In this document: positions 15,490-24,801 of the stretch, piece after piece | How positions within the stretch are numbered: position 1 is the first letter of the stretch | How the letters are laid out: each line of letters starts with the position of its first letter | From: an uncultured Gemmatimonadales bacterium | GTDB taxonomy: Bacteria > Gemmatimonadota > Gemmatimonadetes > Gemmatimonadales > GWC2-71-9 | DNA: 64,000 bases | Assembly (NCBI GenBank): GCA_963728915.1 | Contig: CAVSLV010000001.1 | Location: 1,472,001 to 1,536,000, forward strand | Direction: 5' to 3' | The notes under the pieces: model-generated | The model's input: the letters and a program-made list of their open reading frames with translations, nothing else | What the model was told of the DNA's origin: nothing | Database searches by the model: none | Position numbers and translations under genes: made by a program

Positions 15490-16016
15490 CGGGTGCTCTT
15501 GAGGTACTCCACGTAATCGGGCCGGGTGACCAGCTGGCCGTCCTGCACCACATCCCGATCCCAGGGGAGAATGATGAACTTGTCGGTTTCGAAGGAGTGG
15601 AAATCGGGCGACCAGCTTCCGGTCTTGAACGACACCGCCGTGCGCACCTCGGCGGGCCCCGCCGCTTTGGTCTCGTTCAGGGCAAGACGCATGGTGTGAC
15701 CCGAATCGCAGGTCTCGTCGACCAGAAGCACTCGCCGCCCCCGAACCGTAGGGGGCGGGCCGGTCACCAGGACCGGAAGGGCATCGCCAGCGGTGCGGGT
15801 AACCACCATCGAGGCAAAGTCTCGCTCAAGAATTGCAGCGATCACGACTCCGGGAACGACCCCGGCCTTGGCGATGCCCAGCACGATTTCGGGGTCATAC
15901 TCCCGGGCAACCTTGAGCGCGAGCGCCCGGCACAATTCGCCGAAGAGGGGCCAGTCGATCTCCAGCACCCCACGAGTTGCGGGAGGAATCTTGCGGCGCA
16001 TCGAGCGCTCCGTCAT
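15486..16016 (-). CDS. Type I phosphoribosyltransferase
   Basis: GIAKAGVVPG, VLLVDETCDSGHTM, ILPWD. Confidence 0.88.
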   Translation of the reverse strand: MTERSMRRKIPPATRGVLEIDWPLFGELCRALALKVAREYDPEIVLGIAKAGVVPGVVIAAILERDFASMVVTRTAGDALPVLVTGPPPTVRGRRVLLVDETCDSGHTMRLALNETKAAGPAEVRTAVSFKTGSWSPDFHSFETDKFIILPWDRDVVQDGQLVTRPDYVEYLKSTR

Positions 16017-16157
16017 GCCGGGGAATGGGACTCTGGCCCAAGGTAAACACCGGAAGCCGGTGGGAGCAAATGCGTTGCCTCACCCAGTGGGGCGGCTTAA
16101 TTTACGACAACACGTCCTGCGGCTGGGAGGATTCCCCACGTTAACGCGCCCGTCTCG

Positions 16158-16613
16158 ATGACCTTCTGGCAACGACTCCGGGGCGCACTGTTTTCCACAC
16201 CATCCACCGCTCCGAAGCGTCTCGACTACCTCAACGAGGCGCTCGCCCTCGAGCGGCAGGGGGATTACAACTCCGCGATCACGTCCTACCGGCTCGGCCT
16301 TCGCGATAACCCGCGCGATCCGCGAATCCTCCAGAACATGGCGATCGCCTTCACCAAGACCGGCCAGCCCGATGAGGCCATCCGGCATTATCGGCGTGCC
16401 CTCGAGCTGGATCCGACCCTGACCGGCGCCCACTACGGTCTCGCGTTCCTGCTCCTCAAGCGCGGCGAGGACGATGCCGCAGCCCGGCACCTGCGGGCCT
16501 TCCTTGGCCGTCCTCCCCGAGGGGCGGATGCCGATCGCTGGATCCGGCACGCCGAAGCCACCCTGCGGGAGATCGACGAGGGCTACGGGACGGAACCCGC
16601 GGGCTCGATGTGA
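16158..16613 (+). CDS. TPR-repeat protein
   Basis: About 3 TPR units (e.g. AIRHYRRALELDPTLTGAHYGLA). Confidence 0.85.
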   Translation: MTFWQRLRGALFSTPSTAPKRLDYLNEALALERQGDYNSAITSYRLGLRDNPRDPRILQNMAIAFTKTGQPDEAIRHYRRALELDPTLTGAHYGLAFLLLKRGEDDAAARHLRAFLGRPPRGADADRWIRHAEATLREIDEGYGTEPAGSM

Positions 16614-16981
16614 CCCGCTTCGCGGTCCTGCTCTGTTTCGCGGCCGGGGCGGCAGCCTGCGGCAGTCTCCCCACGACCAGCGAAGGCGTCGCGTTCCTCG
16701 AGATCCAGCCTCCAACAAGCACCACCCTCCACGTCGGTGACACGGTTCAGTTCGCGGCTCGGACGCTCGACGCCTCCGGCAGTCCAGTCGATGTCGCGGT
16801 CACCTGGCGCACCCCCGACACCACCATCACGGTCGAGCCGGCCACCGGAAGAGTGATCGGCCGGTTCACCGGGAGCAGCCGGGTTCAGGCGGTGGTGGGC
16901 GACGAGGAGCTGGTTTCCAATTTCGTGGTCCTGACGATCCAGGCCGCGCCCACCGGAGCTTCTCCGATCCGCACTCCGTGA
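16610..16981 (+). CDS. Small lipoprotein with an Ig-like (Big_2-like) domain
   Basis: Lipobox AAAC; LHVGDTVQFAA...VTWRTPD...TGRV. Confidence 0.7.
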   Translation: MTRFAVLLCFAAGAAACGSLPTTSEGVAFLEIQPPTSTTLHVGDTVQFAARTLDASGSPVDVAVTWRTPDTTITVEPATGRVIGRFTGSSRVQAVVGDEELVSNFVVLTIQAAPTGASPIRTP

Positions 16982-18777
16982 CCGGTCCCAAAACCCTCAA
17001 CGCGCTGTTCTTCGGGGCGATGGACCGCTTTCGCCAGCGTCCGGTCGCACTGCGGCGCAAGGTGGACGGTCACTGGAGACCGATCAGCATCGCGGAGCTG
17101 CACGACCAGGTGCGCGCGGCGAGCGCGGGATTCCGGGAGCTGGGCATCCGGCCGGGCGACCGGATCGCGCTTCTTTCGGAGAACCGTCCGGAGTGGGCGA
17201 TTACCGACTATGCCTGCCTCACCACGCGGTGCGCCGGCGTGGCGGTCTACCCCACCCTGCCGCCGAAACAGATCGCCTACATCCTCCAGGACTCCGGCGC
17301 CAGCGCGATCTGTCTCTCCACCGCGGCCCAGCTCGCGAAAGTGCAGGAGATTCGGGGGGAGCTGCCCGGCCTCAAACACGTGGTCACGTTCGACAAGGGC
17401 CTCACCGGGACCGGGGTACTCGGATTCGAAGAGCTGCTTGCCCAGGGCCGGGCGGCGATGGATCGCTACCCCGCCTGGCGGGACGAGGCCTTGCGGACCA
17501 CGCCGGACGAGCTCGCCACCCTGATCTACACCTCGGGCACTACCGGCGAGCCCAAGGGAGTCATGCTGACCCACGGCAACATCGCCTCCAACGTGGTCAC
17601 CTCGATGGACATTCTCCCGATCTCCGATCGCGACGAATGCCTCTCGCTCCTGCCCCTGTCGCACATTTTCGAGCGGATGGCGGGCCACTATCTCATGCTC
17701 GCCGCGGGCGTGGTGATCAACTACGCCGAGAGCATGGACCGGGTCCCTCAGAATCTGATCGAGGTGCGGCCCACCATCGCGTGCGCGGTGCCCCGGCTCT
17801 ATGAAAAGATCTACGCTCGCATTCTGGAGGCCGCGAGCAGCGGACCCGGCTTCAAGAAGAAGCTGTTCTTCTGGGCCCGCCGGGTCGGCGCCGAGTGGAC
17901 CGAGCGCACGCTGGGAGGCCGGGCCATTCCGCTCGATCTCAAGTTTGCCCGCGCAATCGCCGATCGGCTGGTGTTCGCCAAGCTGCGCGAGCGGGTGGGC
18001 GGCAGGCTCCGCTACTTCATCTCGGGCGGGGCGCCGCTCTCACCCGAAATCGCCAGGTTCTTCTATGCGGCGGGACTCCAGATCCTCGAGGGCTACGGCC
18101 TCACCGAGACCTCACCGGTCGTTTCGGTCAACACGCCGGAGCACTACAAGATCGGCACGGTGGGGCAGCCGATTCGTGACGTCGCGGTCCGGATCGCGGA
18201 AGACGGAGAGATCCTGGTCCGGGGCCCCAACGTGATGGAGGGGTATTACAACAAGCCGGAAGCCACCCGGGAAGTCCTCGAGCCGGAGGGCTGGTTCCAC
18301 ACCGGCGACATCGGTGAGCTCGACCTCGAAGGGTTTCTCCGGATCACCGACCGCAAGAAGGACTTGATCGTCACCGCGGGCGGGAAGAAGATCGCTCCCC
18401 AGCCGATCGAAGGGATGCTCAAGCTCAACCATTTCATTTCCAACGCGGTGATGCTGGGCGACCGGCGGAAATTCCCGATTGCGCTCCTGGTCCCCAATTT
18501 CGAGCGGCTCGAGCCGTGGGCTCGCGGGGCGGGACTGACCTGGAAGGAGCGGGAGGATCTCGTGAAACTGCCGGCGGTGGAGGAGCATCTCGCCAGCGAA
18601 GCGCGGAAGAGCCTCCGGGACCTGGCCCGCTTCGAGGTCCCCAAGAAGTTCGTGATCCTGCCCAGGGATTTTTCGATCGAAAGTGGAGAGCTGACGCCGA
18701 AGCTCTCGGTCAAACGGAAGGTGGTGGAGAAGAACTACGCGGATCTCATTGAAGCTGCCTACCAGGTGTCCGGGTAA
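16978..18777 (+). CDS. Long-chain fatty acid--CoA ligase
   Basis: IYTSGTTGEPKG, EGYGLTET, WFHTGDIG, ITDRKKD. Confidence 0.95.
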   Translation: MTGPKTLNALFFGAMDRFRQRPVALRRKVDGHWRPISIAELHDQVRAASAGFRELGIRPGDRIALLSENRPEWAITDYACLTTRCAGVAVYPTLPPKQIAYILQDSGASAICLSTAAQLAKVQEIRGELPGLKHVVTFDKGLTGTGVLGFEELLAQGRAAMDRYPAWRDEALRTTPDELATLIYTSGTTGEPKGVMLTHGNIASNVVTSMDILPISDRDECLSLLPLSHIFERMAGHYLMLAAGVVINYAESMDRVPQNLIEVRPTIACAVPRLYEKIYARILEAASSGPGFKKKLFFWARRVGAEWTERTLGGRAIPLDLKFARAIADRLVFAKLRERVGGRLRYFISGGAPLSPEIARFFYAAGLQILEGYGLTETSPVVSVNTPEHYKIGTVGQPIRDVAVRIAEDGEILVRGPNVMEGYYNKPEATREVLEPEGWFHTGDIGELDLEGFLRITDRKKDLIVTAGGKKIAPQPIEGMLKLNHFISNAVMLGDRRKFPIALLVPNFERLEPWARGAGLTWKEREDLVKLPAVEEHLASEARKSLRDLARFEVPKKFVILPRDFSIESGELTPKLSVKRKVVEKNYADLIEAAYQVSG

Positions 18778-19102
18778 AGACCTCGACCGCGAGCGAAAAG
18801 GCCCGTTCCTCGCCGGATTGCAGAGCCCCGACCCCCACCACCTGACGGGAAATCTCCTCCCCGCGGTCGTTGCGAATCGAAAGAAGCACCGAGTATTCCC
18901 ACGGCTCACTCCCGGCCGGGTGCCGGATGGTGCCCTCCACCCGGAGGGGTGAAAAACTCGGCAGTGGGCGGACCGCGACGCCGGGGTTGAACCGCAGGTG
19001 GTGCTGGCAGGCCGGGCAGATGACCGCGGTCTCCAGCACCACCGCTCGGCAGTGCGGGCAGATGCGGGAGGCGCCCGCGGTCGCCTGCCGGGTCGTACTC
19101 AT
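18746..19102 (-). CDS. Hypothetical protein with an N-terminal zinc ribbon
   Basis: CPHC...CPAC; ATGA-coupled to the bactofilin gene. Confidence 0.7.
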   Translation of the reverse strand: MSTTRQATAGASRICPHCRAVVLETAVICPACQHHLRFNPGVAVRPLPSFSPLRVEGTIRHPAGSEPWEYSVLLSIRNDRGEEISRQVVGVGALQSGEERAFSLAVEVFTRTPGRQLQ

Positions 19103-19605
19103 GAGGCGGCGCTGCGCTCCACGGTGAGCCCGCCCTTGCCAGCGGCCGCTTTCTCGTCCCAGCCGAACTCCGCCTGGCCTCGCATCTTCGAGCCCGCGGC
19201 CACCGTAAGGGACCCCGCCTTGAGATCACCGTTCAGGACGCCGGACGCGAGCAGCTCGACCCGGGTCGCGCTGTCGATGTTGCCCTCGAGCTCGCCACCG
19301 ATGGTCACGGTCCCGGCCCGTACACCCCCCGTCAGCTTGGCCCCGGCTTCAATGGTGAGATTTCCCTGGACGTGGACATCGCCCTTGAACCGCCCGGCGA
19401 TGCGGACGTGTCCGGCGCCTTCGATCTTTCCTTCGATCGCGAGGCCGGCGGCGACGACGGATTCCTTGGGCTCCTGCATGGGAACTCGCGCGGGCTGATC
19501 ATTGGTCGCGACCGGCTCCGGGCGGTATTCGGGCATCCTGGGGGCGGCTTCGGGCATTGCAGGCGCGTCCTTCCTGGGGGCGGTTTGTTCCTTCCAGATT
19601 GCCAT
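19099..19605 (-). CDS. Bactofilin (polymer-forming cytoskeletal protein)
   Basis: SVVAAGLAIEGKIEG.G.VRIAG.FKGDV beta-helix repeats. Confidence 0.9.
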   Translation of the reverse strand: MAIWKEQTAPRKDAPAMPEAAPRMPEYRPEPVATNDQPARVPMQEPKESVVAAGLAIEGKIEGAGHVRIAGRFKGDVHVQGNLTIEAGAKLTGGVRAGTVTIGGELEGNIDSATRVELLASGVLNGDLKAGSLTVAAGSKMRGQAEFGWDEKAAAGKGGLTVERSAAS

Positions 19606-19699
19606 GGCCTGATCTTCCTCTCGAGCGTGATGAGCGGGGGGCTTCGCCACCCAAGATACCCGGCGAATGCCGGGGCGGTAATCCTGTGGCGGAATTCGT

Positions 19700-20314
19700 T
19701 CAGCCGGTCGGACGTGTGGTGGGCTTCTGACCTACCCAGCATCCCGCCGTGCGACCCAGAACCTGCACCGTCTCGGGGGGCTCGCCGCCCAGGGCGACGA
19801 TGCGGAGCCCCGGGAGGGTCGCCCGAATTGCATCCGCGATCCAGTCGGGTTGCGGGGCAAATTCCGGTCCAACCACGACGCCCCGCATGCTGGACCGTTT
19901 GAGTACGAGCCGGGCGGCCCGGAGGACACTGGCTTCGAGGGTGTCAGTGGTTCCGGCTGGCGGATTGACCAGGGCCAGGGCGATTCCCGGCAACAGGGCG
20001 TGCAGCTCGGGGGCGAGGCCTCCGACCGATCCGGCCAGCGCGACAAACCCGCCCGGGCCGTGGAGGCCGAGAAACGCCGCGGCGGCCTCGGCGGTCACGG
20101 CATCACCGGTCAAAGCGGTCGGCGTGTCGGCGGGTCCAGGCGCTCCATCGAATGCCGCGATTCCGTCCCTAACCCGCACGACCCGGTCGCACACCGGGCA
20201 GCCGAGGTCCCCGGTGACGACCCGGCGCCCGTCCATCTCGCCGGGGAGCAATACCAGGTACTGCTCCTCGTGGCCGGCGGGACAGATCAGATGATCGGTG
20301 AGCTCGATGAACAA
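19700..20314 (-). CDS. Hypothetical protein with a Trm112-like N-terminus
   Basis: L.CP...GDLGCPVC....VRDGI. Confidence 0.65.
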   Translation of the reverse strand: MFIELTDHLICPAGHEEQYLVLLPGEMDGRRVVTGDLGCPVCDRVVRVRDGIAAFDGAPGPADTPTALTGDAVTAEAAAAFLGLHGPGGFVALAGSVGGLAPELHALLPGIALALVNPPAGTTDTLEASVLRAARLVLKRSSMRGVVVGPEFAPQPDWIADAIRATLPGLRIVALGGEPPETVQVLGRTAGCWVGQKPTTRPTG

Positions 20315-20320
20315 ATTGCT

Positions 20321-20352
20321 GGGGGCGAGGGGTTTGGGGTTAGGGGTTAGGG
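20321..20352 (+). repeat. 7-bp-period G-tract repeat (GGGGTTA-like)
   Basis: gggggcgaggggtttggggttaggggttaggg. Confidence 0.7.
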
Positions 20353-21068
20353 ATTACGTGGGGCTTCGCTGCCCCTGCGGGCTCGAGCCGGAGCCAGTCG
20401 ATGTCGACGTGGGGAGGCCGAGTCGCGATCCAGAGCACCGCATCGGCGACGTCTTCCGGCCGGAGCATCACCGAGCGGTTGGGGAGATCGGGACGGTGGT
20501 CGGGATCGTAGGGGTCCCAGACCGCGGTGTCGGTGGGGCCGGGGCTCAGCAGCGAGCAGAGCACGCCGGTTCCTCGATACTCCTCCCGCAGGACCTCGTG
20601 TAACCCGCGGAGGCCGAACTTGGCGGCGCTGTAGGCCGCGTTGTCGGGAAACGCCCGGTGGTCCGCGATGCTTCCCACGGCGATGAACCGGCCGCCGCGT
20701 CCGGCGCGCATCGCCGGAAGAAACTCATGGGCCAGGAGGAACGCGGACGCGAGGTTGGTGGTGAGCTGCCCGGCAAATTCGTCGGGAGTGGTGTTCTCCA
20801 GAGACTTGAGCAGGAAGGACCCCGTGTTATGAACCACAACATCGGCCGGTCCGAACGCGGATTCCATGGTTCGGCGCAGGCCAGCAACCTCCTCGGGCCG
20901 GGTCAGGTCGCACTTCACATCGAGCCGCTGCTCGCTCTCCGCGGGCGCAAGATTCCGGCTGGCCCGCGCCACCCGGGCCCCGGCCAGCTCGCAGAGGTCG
21001 GCAATCAGAAGACCGATGCCACGGGAGGCTCCCGCAACGAGCACGATCTTCCCATCGAGCTGGATCAT
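20340..21068 (-). CDS. Short-chain dehydrogenase/reductase
   Basis: [19 protein letters not shown] 21068 overlaps the folE stop. Confidence 0.92.
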   Translation of the reverse strand: MIQLDGKIVLVAGASRGIGLLIADLCELAGARVARASRNLAPAESEQRLDVKCDLTRPEEVAGLRRTMESAFGPADVVVHNTGSFLLKSLENTTPDEFAGQLTTNLASAFLLAHEFLPAMRAGRGGRFIAVGSIADHRAFPDNAAYSAAKFGLRGLHEVLREEYRGTGVLCSLLSPGPTDTAVWDPYDPDHRPDLPNRSVMLRPEDVADAVLWIATRPPHVDIDWLRLEPAGAAKPHVIPNP

Positions 21069-21646
21069 TCGATCGAGCGGTTGCCGTGCACCAGCTGGAG
21101 GAACTCGGCCCGGGTCCTCGCGTCGGTGCGGAAGAGGCCGCGGACCGCGCTGGTCACCGTGCGGGAGTTCTGTTTCTCCACTCCCCGCATCATCATGCAG
21201 AGGTGGGCCGCGTCGACCACCACCCCGACCCCCTGGGGTTTGAGCACTTCCATCACCGCGTCGGCGATCTGATCGGTGAGCCGCTCCTGGATCTGGAGCC
21301 GGCGGGCGAACACCTCCACCAATCTCGGCATCTTGGACAGGCCGAGGAGCCGCCCGTCGGGGATGTAGGCGACGTGGGCCCGGCCGTAGAAGGGGAGCAG
21401 ATGGTGCTCGCAAAGGGAATAGAGCTCGATATCGCGCACCAGGATCATCTCCTCGTGGTGCTCTTCGAACACCCCCTGCCCCACCACCTGCTCCAGGGAC
21501 TGGGTGTAGCCCTTGGTGAAAAACCGGAATGCGTCCACCACTCGGGCCGGGGTACGCTGGAGTCCCTGCCGGTCGGGATCTTCGCCCAGGCCGACGAGGA
21601 ACTCGCGGATCAGGGGCTCGAGGTCAGGTTCCTTCGTATTCGACAT
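21065..21646 (-). CDS. folE: GTP cyclohydrolase I
   Basis: [47 protein letters not shown]. Confidence 0.97.
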   Translation of the reverse strand: MSNTKEPDLEPLIREFLVGLGEDPDRQGLQRTPARVVDAFRFFTKGYTQSLEQVVGQGVFEEHHEEMILVRDIELYSLCEHHLLPFYGRAHVAYIPDGRLLGLSKMPRLVEVFARRLQIQERLTDQIADAVMEVLKPQGVGVVVDAAHLCMMMRGVEKQNSRTVTSAVRGLFRTDARTRAEFLQLVHGNRSIE

Positions 21647-22037
21647 AGTTGCGCGGGGTTTCCCAGAGGCGGAGCCGGCGGAGCTTCCCCGCGGGAATCC
21701 GGGGAGCCAGCTGTTCCCAGCAGTAGCGGGCGATGTTTTCGGCGGAGGGGAGCCGTTCCCGGAACCAGGGGACGTCGAGGTTCAGGTTCTTGTGGTCGAG
21801 ATTCGCGATGATCAGCTCGTCGGCGAGCTGCTTGAGCACGGCGACGTCCACGACGTAGCCGGTGTCGGGGTCGATCTCGCCCTCGACCTGGATATCCAGC
21901 TCGTAGTTGTGGCCGTGGTAGTTGGGGTTGTTACAGGGGCCGAAGGTGGTGCGGTTCCAGTCCTCCGAGCGATTCGGGTTATGGAGCCGATGAGCAGCGT
22001 TGAAATGGATGCGGCGGGCAACAATGCAACGAGACAT
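21624..22037 (-). CDS. 6-pyruvoyl-tetrahydropterin synthase / QueD family
   Basis: [41 protein letters not shown]. Confidence 0.93.
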   Translation of the reverse strand: MSRCIVARRIHFNAAHRLHNPNRSEDWNRTTFGPCNNPNYHGHNYELDIQVEGEIDPDTGYVVDVAVLKQLADELIIANLDHKNLNLDVPWFRERLPSAENIARYCWEQLAPRIPAGKLRRLRLWETPRNYVEYEGT

Positions 22038-22088
22038 TCAGAAGAATACCCTGTTCCCCAACCCCTGGCCCCTTGCCCCTGGCCTCCA

Positions 22089-22120
22089 AGAACGAAACGC
22101 CGTTCCGGACCGGAGCGGCG
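22089..22120 (-). terminator. Probable intrinsic terminator on the minus strand
   Basis: Minus strand reads CGCCGCTCCG-GTC-CGGAACGGCG followed by TTTCGTTCTT. Confidence 0.6.
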
Positions 22121-22290
22121 CTAGTGTCGAGTGGCGGCCGGGATGTTTACTAAGCCCGAAGAGGAAATGTGTGGCGCCCTCACCGTGGCGTCTGCCTTCC
22201 CCCGAGGGGCATGGCATCGGCCGTAGTATGCGGGCCCTGCTCCGGACTGTTGGGTCAGTAACGTGTCTCCCGACCGTCACCCGACTTGGC
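22120..22290 (-). ncRNA. Candidate structured RNA (long hairpin with central bubble, 6S-like shape, or leader RNA); strand tentative
   Basis: 18-bp closing stem between 22126-22143 and 22268-22285 (on the minus strand 15 WC pairs, 2 G-U, 1 mismatch); further stems TTACTGA/TTAGTAA and an apical TGCC..CCCC-TCG-GGGG..GGCA; no credible ORF. Confidence 0.5.
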
Positions 22291-22339
22291 TAAGTTAGGA
22301 CGCACCGCAACTTCCGTCAACAGCCGGAGACGCGTCACG

Positions 22340-22498
22340 ATGGTTTCGCTGCTCATTGCAATCGCGAGTTTTCTGCTGTGGGTCGTTCTGGTGTTCGTTC
22401 GTCCTATCGGGCTTGGCATCGTCCACATCCTGTGGGGTCTTACCGCAGTGCTGATCATCCGGTGGTGGGCCCTTCGCGAACCGGCGAAGAGCGAGTAA
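22340..22498 (+). CDS. Small two-TM membrane protein (52 aa)
   Basis: GGAG RBS; MVSLLIAIASFLLWVVLVFVRPIGLGIVHILWGLTAVLIIRWW. Confidence 0.65.
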   Translation: MVSLLIAIASFLLWVVLVFVRPIGLGIVHILWGLTAVLIIRWWALREPAKSE

Positions 22499-22538
22499 GA
22501 AACCGGGGATTGCAGCAGTTGCTCAGCCCGCCGAGAGT

Positions 22539-22573
22539 TTGACTCTCCCGTTTCAGCGATGTATATACATCGC
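22539..22573 (+). promoter_or_regulatory. Sigma70-type promoter overlapped by a perfect 18-bp palindromic operator of the vapBC operon
   Basis: TTGACT (22539) - 17 bp - TATATA (22562); GCGATGTATATACATCGC at 22556-22573 ends directly at ATG 22574. Confidence 0.7.
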
Positions 22574-22834
22574 ATGGTACGAACCCAACTCTATCTGGAT
22601 GACGAGCTGCATCGTCAGCTCGGTGAGCTGGCACGCCGGCAGGGCCGCACGGTATCCGAGCTCGTCCGTGAGGCCCTCAGCCAGGTGTACGGATCGGCTG
22701 ACATCGAACGCCGGATCGCGAGCTTGGGAGGAATTGCCGGCTTATGGCGAAAGCGCACCGATCTCGGACCCACTCCCGCATACGTGAGAAAGCTCCGCAA
22801 GGGTACCCGGAGAAAAAACCTGCCCTCGACCTGA
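22574..22834 (+). CDS. RHH/CopG-type antitoxin
   Basis: MVRTQLYLDDELHRQL..LA...GRTVSELVREAL. Confidence 0.85.
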   Translation: MVRTQLYLDDELHRQLGELARRQGRTVSELVREALSQVYGSADIERRIASLGGIAGLWRKRTDLGPTPAYVRKLRKGTRRKNLPST

Positions 22835-23211
22835 CCGGTGTGCTCTACGACTCCGATGTGATCATCGAGATTCTGCGGGGCCGGACTGGTGTCGTCGCGG
22901 GCGCCCGGAAGCTCGAGACGAGCGGGGTTTCGACCTACTGCACCCCCGTGTCGTATGCGGAGATCTTCGCAGGCATTCGATCGGGAGAGGAACCCTATGC
23001 GGAGGCCTTCTTCGAGTCTCGGACCGATACCGGGCTGGATGCGCGGGTGGGCCGGCAAGCCGGGACCTATCTGGCACGCTACGCCCGCTCGCACGGAGTC
23101 GAGCTGGGCGATGCGCTGATCGCCGCGGCGGCCATGACCTTCGGTCTCCGGCTCTGGACCCTCAATCGGAAACACTATCCGATGTCGGGGATCCGTTTCT
23201 ACAAAGGGTGA
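22831..23211 (+). CDS. vapC: PIN-domain (VapC) toxin; start at CTG 22831 or GTG 22840
   Basis: YDSDVIIEILR, SYAEI, GDALIAA, WTLNRKHYP. Confidence 0.88.
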   Translation: MTGVLYDSDVIIEILRGRTGVVAGARKLETSGVSTYCTPVSYAEIFAGIRSGEEPYAEAFFESRTDTGLDARVGRQAGTYLARYARSHGVELGDALIAAAAMTFGLRLWTLNRKHYPMSGIRFYKG

Positions 23212-24801
23212 TCATCGGCCCACCGTCACCCCGGCGACCAGGCCCAGCCCCGATCGCGAGCCGACCGGCCGGGTATAGGGAGCGACGGCAGGGTCGGTCG
23301 GGCTCAGTCCCTCGACTCGCCCCGATATCCAGAGCTCGCTGCGCCCCGAAACCCGATAGCGGACCAGGGCAGAAAGGGCGAAGACCCTGGCGCGAGTGGC
23401 GTACACCGCATATTCCGGGACGACATACCCACGATACGTCGTGTTGAGGGAGCCCGGTGTCGGGAGGGTGCTGGTCGGTCCGTAATGGGCGACAGTGCCG
23501 CCCAGCGCGAACGCCCACCGCTCTCCCAGCGGTCTCCCCAGTTCCACGGCGAGGGAGGGAGTGAAGCTGGTGACGATGGTCCCGATCCGGGTGATCGAAT
23601 CGCTCCGGGTTCGGGATTCCCGGCTGAGCCCCAGCGCGACACTTCCTTCCCATGACCCGGGAGTCGGCACCAGCCGGAGCTCCGCCGAGGAGAAGAACCC
23701 GGACTCCCGCGCGGTGAAGACGAACCCGGTCGTGTCGGTCGCGAGGGCGCCTTCGCCCCCCATGGCCACATAACCCGCCCGGACCGTGAGGAGCCGGCGC
23801 GCTCCCAGCGGTGTCTGCCAGGCGGCCCGGAGGTCCCAGGCGCGCTGATCCCAGCGATCCCAGTCCGGATCGTTGCGCTGCTGCCGGGTGAGCCGCTCCC
23901 GGGTGGTGGACCGGATCCCGGCGATCACCCAGCGGCCCGATCCCAATCGTCCCTCGATCGACCCTCCGGCGCCGAGCACCCGCTGCTCCCGCCGTCGCGC
24001 GTCGGTCCCGGTCGGATTCACCGGAATCCCGGACACCTTCCGATATCCGGCGAGGTCCTGGGCCAGCGTGGTCCCGGTCCGTCCCAGGAGCAACGCCGAT
24101 TCCACGGTGTGCCGTCCAGTGCCGAAAAGCCCGAGCAGCAGGGAACCGGTCCGCCGGGTCAGGCCGGCGGTTGCGGCCGGCTGCACCAGGCGGGTCCGCC
24201 GCACCACCGGTGACACGGTGGACTGGTACTCATCGGTCGCATAACCCGCGGTGAGCCCCGCGCCCCACCCGCCGAGCTGCCACCCGGCGCCTCCCTCCAG
24301 CACCGCGCGAATCCTGCGCATCGGAGAGGCCAGCGTGTCGGAGAGGGTGAAGGGACTCGAGCCGTAGGGATCGGCAAAATCGGCGCGGGCCGAGTCGGTC
24401 CCGTTCTGCTCGAGTTTGACTGCGCCGATCAGCGAGAACCGCGGCGAAACCGCCCGCCAAGCCTGGACCCGCCCTTGAGCCTGATGGGCCGACTCGGGAT
24501 CCAGCGGACGCCGGTAGGTCCCCGACTGCCGGGACACAGTCGCGTAGTAATCGGCCCGCCCGTCGCGAACGTCCCGCGCCAGCGCGCCGGGATTACCGCC
24601 GGTCCAGAAGGTCCCGATGCGAGGCGTGCCGTAAAGCAGAGGGACTGCGGCGCTCGCTCCGGGAAGCCTCCGGGAAAGATCCGCGCTGCGGAGCGGACTC
24701 CACCGAACCGCCCACTCGGGAAGCGCACCGCCTGGATCGGGGGCTTGGGCGGCAAGCAGGGCCGGTGCGGCCACCAACCCGCAGAGAACCAGAGCCCTCA
24801 T
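23212..24801 (-). CDS. Outer-membrane beta-barrel protein (DUF6850-like)
   Basis: Signal peptide, GNPGAL motif, amphipathic beta strands; ATGA-coupled to the TonB receptor. Family label from recall. Confidence 0.65.
   Translation of the reverse strand: MRALVLCGLVAAPALLAAQAPDPGGALPEWAVRWSPLRSADLSRRLPGASAAVPLLYGTPRIGTFWTGGNPGALARDVRDGRADYYATVSRQSGTYRRPLDPESAHQAQGRVQAWRAVSPRFSLIGAVKLEQNGTDSARADFADPYGSSPFTLSDTLASPMRRIRAVLEGGAGWQLGGWGAGLTAGYATDEYQSTVSPVVRRTRLVQPAATAGLTRRTGSLLLGLFGTGRHTVESALLLGRTGTTLAQDLAGYRKVSGIPVNPTGTDARRREQRVLGAGGSIEGRLGSGRWVIAGIRSTTRERLTRQQRNDPDWDRWDQRAWDLRAAWQTPLGARRLLTVRAGYVAMGGEGALATDTTGFVFTARESGFFSSAELRLVPTPGSWEGSVALGLSRESRTRSDSITRIGTIVTSFTPSLAVELGRPLGERWAFALGGTVAHYGPTSTLPTPGSLNTTYRGYVVPEYAVYATRARVFALSALVRYRVSGRSELWISGRVEGLSPTDPAVAPYTRPVGSRSGLGLVAGVTVGR

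Noticed and set aside
20321..20352. Telomere-like TTAGGG sequence as eukaryotic contamination
   Set aside because: Only about two imperfect units, embedded in a continuous bacterial operon and overlapping the SDR stop codon.
22120..22290. SRP RNA, tRNA or tmRNA identity for the long hairpin
   Set aside because: No SRP helix-8 GGAA/AGCAG motif, no cloverleaf or T-loop/CCA end, and the wrong size.
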